Shown in pieces: positions 25,273 to 39,213 of a stretch of DNA of 64,000 bases. Below the pieces are notes generated by a model, which ran no database searches, had not been told where the DNA came from, and saw only the letters and a list, made by a program, of their open reading frames with translations. A program made the translations under genes and the position numbers. Source of the stretch: Azolla caroliniana. Its lineage: Eukaryota; Plantae; Polypodiophyta. The stretch spans positions 5,580,001 to 5,644,000 of the forward strand of contig JBHGNT010000011.1 of assembly GCA_043228905.1 (NCBI GenBank), read 5' to 3'. The first letter of the stretch is position 1. Every line of letters starts with the position of its first letter.

Positions 25273-26000
25273 ACGCATGTTATAATTAATCAGAGGCTTA
25301 TTGAGTAATTCGGAAGGTGTTCGTAAATAGTCAGATCAGAATCGGATAAACATTGGATAACATCCATATCCTAACCACCCCTTGGGAGAAGTGCTCTGGA
25401 ACGGACACCCTATGTTTGTGGCTAAGTCCAGCCTATGATAAACAAGAATCAATCTGATTAAGTCGGACATTTAGGACAATCGACATTGACAGTTTGAAGC
25501 TCGGCATTAGTTCTTCCGACCCTGGCTGACTCGGCCTTTTGTTCTTGGATTTTGCTGATAACTTTGTATAATTTGTAACTCTTATTTATTCTTTTTATAG
25601 ATTTTTGGTGTATACGTCCATTACGAGGGAGAGTCGAATACGGGTCTCTAATGGTCGTATTCACAATGTCCCTCTAGATAGTCTAGGTTTACGACATCTT
25701 TATAAATATGTCAAAGGGTAGTCGGGCTTTGTAATCTAGTTCAAAAAGGTTGTTGCTATTGTTAAAGAGTTGCCGCCTCCATTGTATTGTAACCATCTCT
25801 GAATAAAACGGTTACATTGTGTGCCTCTTTGTTTCTGTCTCTCCCTCTCCCTCCCTCTCTCCCTCTTTGTATCTTGCTTACACATGCTAACTTGGTGATC
25901 TTCATCTCATTGTGTTGTTGATGTTCCGCACTGACAACCTCAATTCCCAACAGATTTCTCCGGGGACTAGTGGTCGGCCGATCCGAGTCTACGAACAACC

Positions 26001-26896
26001 TGTTGGGAATATGAGACTGAATCAGGATGATTTAAACTTCAAACACAATTAACACTAGATGAAATCACAAGACAAAAATGAGAGTACACCAAAAGTTTTA
26101 ATGTGGAAAACCCAAAGTAGGGAAAAACCACGGGATCCGTAGGTTCCAAACAACTTCACTATAATTTTGAGTACAATGGAATACGACCTCACTAGAGTGT
26201 ATCTACCTCAAGGAAATGGCCTTGGTTTCAACCTTCACCCAATCGGGTGGATAGAATAACAAAGATTACAAGTTGAGTACGACCTCTCTAGGTTTTGACT
26301 AGAGGAAGGTACAAACCTCAAGGCAGTAGCCTTAGCTACACAATAGTGGGTACAAATGAGTACAAACTCTCTAGGTTTTGACTAGAAAAATGTCCTAGCC
26401 TCAAGGCAACAACCTTGGCTACAATCTTCACCCGATTGGGTGGATATAACAACAATAAGCACAAGAAATGTGCTAGCCTCAAGGCAACAACCTTGGCTAC
26501 AATCTTCACCCGATTGGGTGGATTCAACAATGATAAGCACAAGAAATGTGCTAGCCTTAAGGCAACAACCTTGACTACGATCTTCACCCGATTGGGTGGA
26601 TACAACAATGATAAGCACAAGAAATGTGCTAGCCTTAAGGCACAAGACTTGGCTACAATCCTCACCCGATTGGATGGATAAACCAACAAGCAAATAACCT
26701 TACAATTCTTCACCCAACTGGGTGGATAGAAAAACTAGCAAAATAGGAAACAAGAAAACAACACGATGTCGTGGCGTGGCTCGCCTAGCAGCGTAGCGTT
26801 GTGTAGACAATAAATATCGTGAAAGTGAGGAAGGAATCACTGGGATTATGGACGGAAGAGACGAAAGAGTAGAAATAAAGTAAATAGAGATCAACA
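26001..26896 (-). mobile_element. Probable copia LTR remnant
   Basis: TGTTG start; GTGGAAAACCC..GGGAAAAACCAC motif shared with LTRs at 42473-43163 and 50327-50895; right boundary uncertain, no TSD. Confidence 0.5.
26395..26730. repeat. 78-bp tandem repeat, about 4 units
   Basis: CTAGCC anchor at 26395, 26473, 26551, 26629; units carry CACCC-GATT-GGGTG inverted repeat. Confidence 0.92.
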
Positions 26897-27460
26897 AGAT
26901 ATGACAAGATAGGTATTGAATGATATTTGAAGGAATAAAAGAGATTTATAATTTTTTTGATGAAAGAGTTACAAAAGTGGTTGTAAGCGTTGTTGATCCT
27001 TCAAACTTGGTCTCACAAGATAATCGCTCTTCTCTTTCTTGATAGTAGGCCACAACAATCTTCACTTCAATATTTTGATGAAGATAAGGCTCGAACCGCC
27101 TCCCTCTTGTTGAGAGTTGACCACCACGATCGCCAAGCTAGAGCTCCACCTTTATGTTGAACTTCTTCCTTTCTTTCTCTATTTTATGGTATCTCTTATG
27201 TAATATATATTTGATTGATATCTCATACCTCTCCCTTTCATCTTCTCTTTCACCATTTAAATAGGTGCCCCCATGCATATGATGCATTGGAGGGTACAAG
27301 TCATGCATGTAGTGCATGAAATGCACGTGATGCATGATCGCCATTTGGCGTTCATGCATTACATGCGATGCATGATAGGCATCTCGCTCATTTGAGCTTT
27401 CATGTATGAAAAAAATATATGGCATAAGAATAAACATGAAAATATAGTTTTAAAAACAAA

Positions 27461-27522
27461 GGACCTAGCCTAATGGTAGGTGTGTTGACTTTGGTGTATG
27501 AGGTTGTGGGTTTGAGTCTCTC
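27461..27522 (+). other. Degenerate tRNA/SINE-like head
   Basis: TAGCCTAATGG A-box-like and GGTTTGAGTCTC B-box-like motifs at tRNA-like spacing; stems poor. Confidence 0.35.
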
Positions 27523-28461
27523 AAACATTATTGAATTTACAACATGTAACGTCGTTTTTATATCATGAAGCAAATCCTTTATTTTATATATATTATTAGT
27601 ATAGAGTAAATGGTAAGATTTGAAAGTCATAGGGTGGGGTTATTGGTTCAAGTCCTCTCTTGTTTGTGTAATATAATATATTTATCTATATATATATATA
27701 GTATTTTTCTTTACATATATATAATATTATCATATGTGTTGTTAATATTATCTTTATATATAAAACATTATCAAATGTTATTTTAGTTACGTATTTATCT
27801 GATTATAGACTTTTAATGTGAAGCTTTCGTACTTCATGACAACGAAATGAAGGAACTTGAATGCGAGTAGATAGGAGATGTGTTATACAGTCGTGGTTCT
27901 CTGTCAGCACGACCAATCCCTCACAGGTCTTTATCTTCACTTCGGTAGAACGCTCTTCCGCTTGTTCTCACTCTTTCGTTTTTTGTTTTTCTCCTTGTTT
28001 CTGTTTTTGCTCCGCGTTCTCTGAAAAAATCAGGTCTCGCTCTCTTTCCTCCTCTTCTCCTTATTGTCCAATGTTTATATACCTATGTTCACACTCACAC
28101 ACACAGAAGACACACACCAAAAAACCTACAAGGAAAAAGGCATATGTATATATAATTATCACTTTTCTCCTTTTTGGCCCCACGCCCGTTCGGGGCTCAG
28201 CCGACTCCCAATCAGTTGAGTAATGCTCAACCAACTCCCAGTTGGCCCTTCGGGTCTCAGCTGGCTCTTCACGTTGTGGGCTCCACTTGAGTGGATAGAC
28301 CCAACACAACCCCGTGTCATGCATGGTCGTGGCCCATTTCAAAGTCCTCTAAGGCTAGCCAATCCATCTTAGCTTTTAGTACCGACAGTCTACTATTGTT
28401 GCATGTAAACAATGGTGATGGGTATGGTTGAGTGGTTTTACTAGATCATCAAGGAAATTAA

Positions 28462-29134
28462 CAATTGGCAACAGTTTGGTTTGAACCGAACATAATCACG
28501 AAGGCTTAACGGTTTAAATGGTTGGGTTCATGTTCAAGTTTTTTTAACGGTTCGGTTCGGTTTGGGGGTTGAATGGTTTGGTTCAATTTAGTTAAAACGG
28601 TTTGATGCTTTAAGGTTACTTATTGATTTTTAAAAAAATATTGTTTCAAATAACCTTTTCATTTTTAAGCCTAATTCTCATATTTTACGAAAAATCTTTA
28701 CAACTTTGAAAAATTAAAATTTGAAATAATGAAAAATTTAAAGATTTAAAACTGAAAATTGAAAATTTTGAATTTTGACCGAACTTGAAAACCGAAACCG
28801 AACCACGAAACAACGGTTTTAATAGTTTAGTGGTTCAACGGCTTGGATTTTTTGTAATAGTTCGGTTTCATGGTTTGGTTCGGTTCAAGTTTCAAAATTT
28901 TTAAACAATTTGGTTTTAAACCGCTTTGGTTTTGACACTCTCGAACCAAACCAAACCAAACAGACCAAACCATTCCGGGCAATCCATAGAGAAAATGGAA
29001 CAAGCAACTTGAGATGATGGTGTTAGGGATGATTGAGAGCCATGCCTCCATATTCACACAGAACACATGAAGCACATTAAACCAGTTTGGTTCTGACACT
29101 CTCGAACCGAACCGAATAGAAACATTGCCGATTG
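28462..29134. mobile_element. AAACCG/CGGTT-rich non-autonomous DNA-transposon-like remnant(s)
   Basis: Arrays of GGTTC/AACCG; possible imperfect termini CAATTGGCAA / TTGCCGATTG; related to 8776-8985; no TSD. Confidence 0.5.
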
Positions 29135-29528
29135 TTGAGGGCAATATGTCCACGCAGAAGAACACGGAACAAGCAACTTCAGAAGGTAATCGTTCAGTTA
29201 TGGCAAGGGGTGAGTGCTGTGTCAAGCGGGCAGATGCATGATGAACGCTTTTCGGGGCCTTACGCAGAAGGAAAACACACAAATTGCGAAATATGCCTAC
29301 CATAAATGAATTGCTTTGTCATTGTAGAAGGGCAAAACGGACTCACAAAGCATGTACTTGAGCTTCGAATTAATGTCTCTAAAAGTTTGGGGTACGCCCG
29401 CGTGTTTTTCGACAAGAACACTAAAAAGAACCTAATCTGGCTTTATGCAAGATATAGCCAAGGCACGTTCAAGCAATTGAAGGAATATCATTTGCTCACA
29501 TAGTGTTTAGTTTAGGGATGATTGAGAG

Positions 29529-29597
29529 CATAGTACGTAAAATGCGAATGCGAATGCGAATGCACGTATGTTACGTATGGTTCATATGTACTATATC
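29529..29597. mobile_element. 69-bp internally deleted hAT-type MITE
   Basis: 8-bp TSD ATTGAGAG (29521-29528, 29598-29605); ends match the reverse complement of the 59793-60064 MITE. Confidence 0.8.
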
Positions 29598-29885
29598 ATT
29601 GAGAGCCATGCCTCCATATATTATATTCACACACACACACACACACAGAGAAGACACGTGAAGAAAGAAGCATATGAACGAACGAATGAACGAATGAATG
29701 AATGAATGAAGGCTTTCTTTCTGTGTCTTTGTAATGAACTTCTGTTCTGATTGATTGTGCAGAATCTTGAGAAGCAGAAGAAGAGGAAAGAAGAAGGAAG
29801 CAGCAGAAGACAGAAGGAAGAAAGAAGAAAGAAGAAGGAAGAAGAAGCAGCAGAAGAAGAAGAAAGAAGGAAGGAAGAAGAAGGA

Positions 29886-32309
29886 ATGGCGTTGGGCGTG
29901 GTTGTGGGCATGGTTCGTGCAGGCCTGCGCCGCAAGCACAAATCGAGCCTCAACATCCTCACCTCCAAAACAGGGCCTCGCAACTTCTATAAAGGGAAAA
30001 ACTGTCTCTCCACTGGTCGCCACACCAGCAAAGGTTTTTATTATCAAACAAACTCTCTCCTGTGTTTCTCTGCCTCGCTGTTTCCTTCTTCTTCTTCTTC
30101 CTATTGCTTTTATTATTATTATTCTTTCAAGGAAATGAAACGCCTTCATTTCAGTTCCCCTTATGTTTTCATAAAAAAAAAAAACGTTTACTCCTCATGA
30201 ATCCAAGGAATGCATTTTTTTTTTCTTTTTTTTTTTTACACCATTATTTTAGGTTTAGGATTTTGATTTTGATTTTGGATGGGTCATGTATTGTGGAATG
30301 CTGCTCCTAATTCCTCCAGTGAAGACAATTATTTGCTTACTTTTCCACCGTTTTAGGTTTCATGAAGTTAATGGCAGTGGCATTTCATAAAACCTAATCA
30401 TTTTCACCTTTTTCTGATGTGCACGTCCCCGAAGTTGAGAGGTTGCTTCGAAAAGGCTAGACCAGGTTTCCCTGTGAGTGTGGAGGAAGTACTATGATCT
30501 TCCTAGGTCACATGATCTTCATTGAGCTCAACTTTTATGTGAATTGTGCATAGTGTTCTTGACATATTGCACTTTGTGCGAAACTTGATTGTTAATGTAT
30601 CAACAGAAAATCTATCCAAAGAATTGGTCGATCATTGTTTATAGTGAAGCTACTAAACTTGTTGAGGTGAGTGGATGGATTGAATATGCGTTGATGGGTG
30701 TGGATAACTTAAGAAAGACAGATAGATTGCTTTTATTATTGTGCTCAGAGGTCAAATAAGAGAATGTTGTGGGGTACGATACTAGGATGCATGACCTCCT
30801 GAGAAGTTTCTTTGCAAGTGCGCATAAGCAGCAGACAAGGAAAATTCGTTGTTCCATATTCTTATTGCTTAGGGGTTCACTTCATGCCCAATAAAATCAT
30901 GTCATTTAGAATGACATGTTATAGGTTTCAGTATTTACATCTTTTACATGCAAGTCCTCTGATGGTTTAGTTAGCAGACATGATTATTTGCATCATTTTG
31001 TTGTGGCTTCACAAAATAGACTTCCTGAAAGACGTTTGTGTTAGATCTTTAGACGGCAATTCAGACTCTTATGGTTAACTTATGACTTTATGTTATATCA
31101 TGAAAATTAGAAGTGTAATATATTGAAGTCTGAATTGACTAGCTTCTATAAATTGTCCCATCCAGATGGGTCATCCGGTTGGAAACAATAATCCAGAATA
31201 ATAAATTGGAATTGCGAGTGCATTGGTAGTGAAAAAATGATCAATTGAATGTTTGATTACAGTGGTAAGGAGGTAAGAATTTTCCAGAATCGTTGGAATA
31301 CATAAATTAGGCACTTACTCTTTGTATTTGAGATAGGTGAATAGCCAGAAGTGAACTGTTGGTCAAATCTTTGAAAGTTCAGAGGGATAAATCTTTGAAG
31401 TCATTGGATCGAGAAGCGGAGATAGGTGAATAGCCAGAAGTGAACTATTGGTCAAATCTTTGAAAGTTCAGAGGGATAAATCTTTGAAATCATTGGATCA
31501 AGAAATGGAGATAGATGAATAGCCAAAAGTGAACTATTGGCCGAATGTTTACTTAGTGTTTCAAGAAAGTCGAGAGGGATAAATCTTTGAAATCATTGGT
31601 TCAAGAAACGGAGATAGATGAATGGCCAGAAATGAATTATTGCTCGTTAGAGTTTCGAGAAAGTCCAGAGGGATAAATCTTCGAAATCAATGGATCTAGA
31701 AATTCGGTATCTAACTAGAGTAAGTGAGAGGGAGTGACTGAAAAAACCCATAATATTGCACTTGGGATAACCACTCTCCTCTAAACACGCTTTTGCACAA
31801 AGTAAAACATGTGATTTCCATATACTTATCACATTAAGCCACAAACAAATCAATTTCTGCTATTAAAATTTATTTCTCTAGCATTAGTTCATTCCACTCT
31901 TAATTTCAAAATTCTCATGGAAGTCTTGTGAATTTATTTGTCAATGGTTTAAAAAAATTCAATATAGTATCTTTCCACTTTCACAAAATAGTGATATTAC
32001 AATGGCTTGGAACTTTTCTTTAATATCTGTGGTGGTGGTTTGGCTTTCAGGGAAGTATATCTTGATTGCAGAGAAACTTCCAAAATATGTTGTCCCTGAT
32101 CTAACTGGATTCCCGGTATGGATAGCCCATGGATAAAGGGTTTTTGTTTTGTATCAGTATTCCTTTTTATGTTTGAATAAAGAGTTTGTTGGGTATATAA
32201 TGTGATCATTGATATGCGGAAATTCTTTTCATGTTATATGTAGCTCAAGGCATATGTAGAGAGGAGCACTCCAAAGAATATTCTGACCACCAAAGAAGCG
32301 TCTTCATAG
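29886..32309 (+). CDS. mL41: Mitochondrial large-subunit ribosomal protein mL41 (MRPL41/YmL27 family), exons 29886-30033, 32051-32115, 32244-32309, 92 aa
   Basis: Spliced product MALGVVVGMVRAGLRRKHKSSLNILTSKTGPRNFYKGKNCLSTGRHTSKG-KYILIAEKLPKYVVPDLTGFP-LKAYVERSTPKNILTTKEASS*; GT-AG introns with consistent phases; YKGK..G.HT.KG and YVVPDL.GF.LK.YV family motifs. Confidence 0.93.
31330..31700. repeat. ~89-bp tandem repeat, 4 units, in mL41 intron 1
   Basis: GAGATAG.TGAAT.GCCA anchor at 31330, 31419, 31508, 31611. Confidence 0.88.
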
Positions 32310-33511
32310 GCATGTTATAAAAATGGTTTCTTTTTATAGAAATGGCACCATTGAATGGATTAGGGGTACTAAAAATTATCATTCCAACTAAATCATTGGA
32401 ATTTATGAGATCTAGACCCTTTTTAATTTTAGTTATTGATTAGTTTCCTTGCATGGGGGACCAAGAAGTTGTGAAAAGAATTGAAGTTTCACCTGACCTG
32501 ATTTATGTCGGTGTTTTTTTCTTTTTGGATTGAATTTGTATGCAATATTGCAAAGGATTCTTCTAGTTTTTCTTTTTATTGCCTATTAAATGTTATTACA
32601 TACATTTAATTGAAGGTGCAGAAACATTTGCACTTTTGTCACTTTAGATGCAGTTAAGGTGCCAAATTTGTTACATATTGGGTTTAGGGTTTTCATCATC
32701 AGCAGTGAATTGCTACTTTGAATTGCCTCAACCCATCCATGAATACTGCAGAATTATATGCTACATGAATAATCCTGTGTGATTGAATATGAAAAACACA
32801 TATTAGTGTAGAATTTATCTTTTTCAACAACACTAATTGTAAAGCAATTGTGAGAATTTCTAGTTGGATATCAATGAATGGATTAGGGGCAACATTACAA
32901 GAATTAGAGGTGTAAGAGTCCATAGTGGATTGTGTCTTGATCTTGAGGGGATTTATAGTGATGAGAAATGCTATATTTTGTAGTTTTTTTCCTGCTCTAA
33001 ATAATCCAGCAGATATGTGCTTTGAAGTTCTGCGCTAAATTATCAGGAGTATTTGCGATGAATGAATCAGGAGATCAGCAGATATGAATGAAGTGATATG
33101 TTTCCATTTCTTGGATGTATTATTTAATGGAGGTGACCTTACCTCGCAACCCCCAATGTGTGTCAGATTGTTTAGGAATAGCTCGTTTCTCCTAGTGCTT
33201 GTAATTGACTGCATTGTTTGGTTTTGCAAATGCTAAAACCATGCATAGATCTCACATAAATCATCCTACATAGAACAAACCCTCTCTTTTTATTACTAAA
33301 CTATAAGTAAAATATAAAGATTTCCTATTTTACCAGGGATACGAATTGATATTTCTGAAAATACCTAGGGTATAGATGAAGTTAGGCCATAGACTACATG
33401 CTTAACTGTCTTCTTTAATGTGTTGCATTTTTGCATAAAGTAATGTGGATCTTTGTAACTATGCTTTTTTTTTAGATTTATCTTCTAACTTTTGCAGTTG
33501 GAAGCATTCTG

Positions 33512-33676
33512 CATCAAAAAAGAAACTTCAAAGGAAATGCATCTCCATCTCTAGAGGTGCACGTTGATTTTGTTTCTTTTCCTTCTATCTATTCATCAAA
33601 AAAGAAACTTCAAAGGAAATGCACCTCCATCTCTAGAGGTGCACGTTGATTTTGTTTCTTTTCCTTCTATCTATTC
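33512..33676. repeat. 82-bp tandem duplication
   Basis: CATCAAAAAAGAAACTTCAAAGG...TCTATCTATTC twice. Confidence 0.9.
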
Positions 33677-34416
33677 CTTTGAATATCTTGTATGTTTCTC
33701 GCTTAAACAAAGTCAGAACCCAAATAGAAGCAAGGAGCATCCTTGCTTTTCTCTAAGGTTGTTGTTTATGTCAAGGCCTATATATTACATATGCACATTA
33801 TGGCCTTTCAACTATGTTCACACTCACCAAATGGCCAATGGTATTAAGGCAAGATACTAATAGAATTTAGAATTTTTTTTTTATCGTCCATAAAGAGGCT
33901 AGTTTTGACCTATGGGACCGTAGTATACATGTGTGCTTTCTTCCAAAAAAGAGGTATTCATACATTGGAGCACAAAGTCTCTATGCATTAACAAGGCACA
34001 CACATATGAGCTCAACCTTTTAGGCGGTGTCTTAACTATGGTACTTAAGTTATCAATCTCTCTTAATATTTAAGGGGGTTTGGTAGGGGACATGTTTCAA
34101 GATTTCTACACTTGAGTGATTGTGGTAAGGGGCGTTGGTAGGGAACATGATACAAGATTTTTGCAAATGAATGGTATAGTTTTGGATCCTTGATTGGGGT
34201 TAGTGTTCTAGTACTTGCCTTTGTTCATGAAGAGATAATATAATCCTAGTATTGTGCTTCCTCACAGCCATGTTTTTTTGGGTGCATAGGGATTAGCATT
34301 TGCTTGAGATCTATTTTTATGTAATATTACCTAGCATATTATAGTACGAATTTCTTGATACGTTTCTCATCATACCAATGCTTTTGAGATAAATTCCTAG
34401 GAATGTGTTATTTGGA

Positions 34417-34447
<31 letters not shown>

Positions 34448-34704
34448 CACATGCACGCACGTATATTCGTGACTCTAGGTAACTCCCAAATGCTTCATTG
34501 ATATTGTCCTAAGAGGCGTCTTCTTCATATCTTATAGACGAGCCCGAGTGTAATGAACTATCATCGATTTCAAACTCGCTCAAATTTCCAATCTTCCTCT
34601 TTTGTGGAATAGTTGTCAAATCTCTACTTATGTGTTGAACCATAATAAACTACAAATGTTGCATGATTTTCAATTTTTGCTTTGCACTTGAATATTCAAT
34701 GTTT

Positions 34705-35135
34705 TTGGAGGGTTAGATGCAAACAACCAAATTAGTTTGGTAGAGTTAGATCCATGTAGCTAGGTTAGAAAATTTGGCCGAGTTAGATGCAAGTATGGGT
34801 TCTTCACGCATTAAGGCGGTGAGATGGGTTCAAAACATCATGAAATAGTTTAGTCCATATCTAGTGCATGTGCTAGAGCATTGAGGGGACCTTTACTTGT
34901 GTTAAAAACTTGGGCAAGGTTAGAAATTTGGGTTAGGTTAGATGCAAGTAATTGAATTAAAAAATTCGGCCGGGTTAGAAAAATTGGGTTGGATTAAATA
35001 TAGGTAGTCAAGTTAGAAAAGTGGGTCGGGTTAGATGCAAGTACTCATGATAGAAATAATGTTCAGGTTAGAATATATGGACCGAGTTAGAAAAAATGGT
35101 TGGATAAGAAAATTGGTAGTCGGGATAGAAATAAC
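34705..35135. repeat. Degenerate short-motif array (GGTTAGATGCAAG / GTTAGAAAA), possibly transposon subterminal repeats
   Basis: Many GTTAGA cores in the same orientation. Confidence 0.6.
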
Positions 35136-35550
35136 AATGCATGAAATCACACGCTGTTACTAGATAATGATATGTTAGTGCAAATTTCCCACTATTGTCG
35201 AAGCGTTCCCTCCCCCATCCATTGCCAAGATTACCTCGCCTCACCTATTTAATATCTGGTAGAAAATAAACAAGAACATTGCGCACAAGCACACATGCTC
35301 GAAAACAATATGCATATTCACACACTAACATCCAAAAAGGGGTTATTATTCATGTGCACCCATCCAAGCGTTCCTACATATATCAAGTGGGACATTACTG
35401 GTGCACACATACACAAGTGAACATCACACACAACCCTTCATCAAAGTTGCCATCTTCCCCAAACCCCAACGTTCACATATGACACGTATTTTTGCGACAA
35501 CATTGTATATAAAGATGAAAACAAATTGGGAGCAATTGAATGATTTCATG

Positions 35551-38500
35551 TGTCACAGACAAGTATAATAGAGCAAAGCGAAGACAAGACTAGAAAACAA
35601 GAGAGAGGAAAAGAACAAGAACTTAACTTATAGAATCCGTAACTGGTGTTGTTCACCTTGATTAGAATCAAGGTGCACCTGAGTATTTATACAAGAAGGT
35701 AGGGCTATGTAAGCCAACTAGAAATAGAGTATGCATGAGGATGCATGCAATAGAGAATGCATGAGAATGTGTGCAAGCTAGAAATGAGGGTGCATGCAAG
35801 CTAGGAACTTCCAATGTTCAATCTGCACTACATGAAGTTGGATTTGGTATAAGGAGGTATTGTTCGAGGATTTGGTTGACTCTTTCGGTTTGGCCATCAG
35901 TTTGAGGGTGGTGCGCGGTTCACAAGTTCACAGAAGTCCCAAATGTCTGTAGAAGTCGGCGCCAGAAGTGGGAGATAAATTGAGGACCTTGATAAGAAGT
36001 GACATCCTCAAGGAAGCTGTGTAATCATACGACATTTTTCAGAAAAAGGTTAGCCATCTCCTCCCCCGAAATGGTTTTCGAACATGGGACAAAATGAGCC
36101 ATCTTCAAAAACCGATCGACGACCACTAGCACCGCGTCATGGTCAATGACCCAAAGAAAGTTCGGTGATAAAGTCCATGGAGAGAGATGCCCAAGGTCGA
36201 CTGGGAATTGGAAGTGGGTGTAGAAGGTCGTATGGACGATGGTGAGCTGCTTTGGAGTGAGCACAAACGTCACAAGTTTTGATAAATTCTTTGACCAATT
36301 TCCAAGGTTGGGGCCACCAAAACCCCCGAGACAACAATGCCAATGTTTTCGCGACCCCAAAGTGTCCGACAAGAAGATCATCGTGGCAAGTTTGCATTTC
36401 TCACTTTTGGCAAAGAGCCTATATTCTCAGAGTTTGGTGAGAACCAGCTAGACGTGGTGTGTGTGCTCCTCCCAGTTCGAAGAAAAAACTAGGATGTCGT
36501 CAAGGTAGACGACCACGAAATGATCGAGATACTCTATGAAAAATATCGTTCATCATGTGCTGGAAGACCGTCGGAGCGTTGGTAAGGCCGTATGGCCTCA
36601 CTTTGTACTCCAAATGTCCATAGTGCGTCCGAAAAGCCGTTTTCCACTCGTCCCCAAGGTTGATGCGCACCAAATTGTAGGCGCCCCGAACGTTGATTTT
36701 GGAGAAGATATGCCCAGCTCGGAGTCGATTACGCACCGTAATTTTGTTGAGACCCCGATAATCCACAGATAAGCGTAAGGAGTCGTTCTTCTTCTTAACA
36801 AATAAGATTGGTGCCCCGACCAGTGATTTGGATGGTTGAATGAAGCCCTTTGCAAGATTCTTAGCCATATATGTGCGGAGAGCCTCAAGTTCGAGTTAAG
36901 ATAACCCATAGATAGGATCGAATGGGGGGATGCTTGCCAGCTTTGAGTTCGATTGGGCAATCATAGGGGCGATGAGCCGGTAACCGATCGACATTCCGCT
37001 CTTCGAAGATGTCGAAAAAGTTGCTATATCGGACGGGTAAATTGTTGGCAGGAATGGTGATGTCCCCTAACACAACGGCAAGTGTAGCGACCAAACCGGA
37101 CTCGACCACAACGGAATCAAGAGAGTGTTGTGACCTAGCAGGAATTGGCCTTACTGGAAAAGTGATGGAGCGGTTACACCAATCCACTGTCGGATTGTGT
37201 ATCTCCAACCAAGATAGCCCCAACACAATCGGATTTCGGGGCGTTGCGATGAGGTAGAACGTGAGTTCCTCTTGATGCGCCCTGACTTGAAGTACCAATG
37301 GGATAGTGGCTTCGGTAACCGCCCTCGAAGAGAGAACTCGACCGTCGATCGCCTCAACAGATATGGGTTATGATGTGCAGACGGTAGGGATATTATATGT
37401 GCAGACAAACGATTTATCGATAAAGCAAGTAGATTATTCGGAGTCGAGCAAGGCATGAGAATGTATTGAAGTCGAACCAAAACAAAGACTTACTTGCAAA
37501 GAGAACCCTCCTAATGGCGGAACGAACTTGTACGAGCATGAAGAAGGTGAGTAACGGTGTCGTGAAGAATTTCGGCCAGAGGTGGAAACCGGGAAACATT
37601 GTCTACATCGGCGGGGTGCAGCGTGTGTACGCACCCATGTACATTTGGTGTGAATATCGAGGGCGCCTTTATGGCGCCGAAGAGTAGTCAAGTCGGGGCA
37701 GACGATCCCATGTAAGTCGGGATTTGTCCCACATTGTAATGCATCCCTTTCCTTGTTCTATAAAAGGAAGGGAACGCCCTTTGTGAAAGGGTTGCCCGTT
37801 TTGCATTAGAGGGTATACCGTTAGGTTTAGAGTTAGTTTCTTCTTCTTCTTCTTCTTCTCCTTCGTGTTTTGCTTAGGGTTTGCTTTGGTTCGGCCTCCT
37901 GTGCAAGACCCCACTCAGCGCGACGAGCTGAGAGCTCCCCGACGGCGGCTTGGCAGCTGACGACTACTGTAACCTGCCTTGGAACGGCTCGAAGCCGGGG
38001 ATGTATTCTTTGTTTTATATACATATATACGTTTGCGTCTGTCTGTGTATATTCGCGTCTCTGTTGGTGTCGGGTGCTTCCCCTTTCCTGCACTTCCTGT
38101 ACTTAAGGGTGTGAGTCGGGTTGGCCTGTGTGTGCGCGTGTGTGTGTGAGTGAGTGTGCGAGAGTCGGTGATAAGCTCTCTCTCTCTCTCTCTCTTCGGT
38201 TGCTTCCGGTGTACTTCTGGGATGCCCCGGAAACGGTGAAGCATGACTTCCTACGCTCCATCACTCCCTAGTCCAAGACCCCCGTGGTCCCGCCTTTCTC
38301 CACACACGCGTGTAACAACGCGACAACGGGAAGCGTCCAATGGCATGGTTCCTACTGCAACCGGACTTGGTCGTTTTCTTGTTGAGGAACCTTTGCAAGA
38401 TGTGCACGATGAAATTGGTGTCGCAAGCCCCGCACCGGGGAGTGGTGGATGACATGGTTGGGTTGCCACAATAGAGACAGAGTCCAATATCCCGACGATG

Positions 38501-39213
38501 TTGGCGTTGGGCTTCAATTAGTGGTTGGAACCGAGCGTGGTCGATCTCCATCGGGGTATGGAAATCGACTAGCTGACATCGCAGGCAATCTAACGGAACT
38601 TTGAGGTGTAGACCGAGGCTGGACGTGAGCCTTGTTTGAAAGAATAAAGCTTTGTGAGTGCCGTTTGTCGCTGGTTTGTCTCGCCAAATGTTGCATCGAG
38701 CTCCTCAATGAAAGTAGTGAAGTTTTCTAAGAGAGGGGATGAGGTTTCGATCAAGGATGCAAACCACGCTTGCGCTAGCCCGTAGAGAAGCGTGCTGACA
38801 AGTCCAAGCCAAGAAAAGTCGCTAGCATATTGTTGGGGTTGTAATCGGATGATAAGTCGAATTTGGTTGGTGAAGGTGTGAAGTTATGCCCTCGTGCCGT
38901 TGAATTTGTCTGGTAGGCTAATGGTTGGTTCGAGAACATATGGATGGGAAGAGGACATGGTCGGGCTAGGTGTCGGCGGTGGTTGTGACTTGGCAGGTGG
39001 TGGATTTCTTGAAGTGCTGTATTGCAACTCTCGTAATGATTCCCGAAGGATTTCATTCTCTAGCTGAAGTTGTTGCAAGGCTGCCATGACTTGGTTTAGG
39101 TTGTCGACGGAGCGGGACATGGTAGCAAGAAGAGGGTGAAGGTGAACAAACTGTCACAGACAAGTATAATAGAGCAGAGTGAAGACAAGGCTAGAAAATA
39201 GGAGAGAGGAAAA
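35551..39213 (-). mobile_element. Internally deleted Ty3/gypsy element (Tcn1/Tf1-like), copy 1
   Basis: LTR 35551-~35851 and partial LTR 39152-39213; gag (PDKFNGTR), RT ([18 protein letters not shown]) and INT (HFGVAKT, SMDFITEL) fragments; RNase H region missing relative to copy 2. Confidence 0.88.
37558..38325 (+). mobile_element. Solo LTR (768 bp) of the TGTCGTG...CGCGACA gypsy group
   Basis: Termini TGTCGTGAAG / AACGCGACA; 4-bp TSD ACGG; empty site present in the sister element near 57257-57271. Confidence 0.9.

Noticed and set aside
24029-25696. Longer solo LTR ending TTTACGACA
   Set aside because: No TSD; the end at 25272 gives a perfect ACGC duplication.
29751-30200. 149-aa ORF as the full protein
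   Set aside because: Starts in a GAA-rich 5' UTR and runs into intron 1; the real start is ATG 29886.
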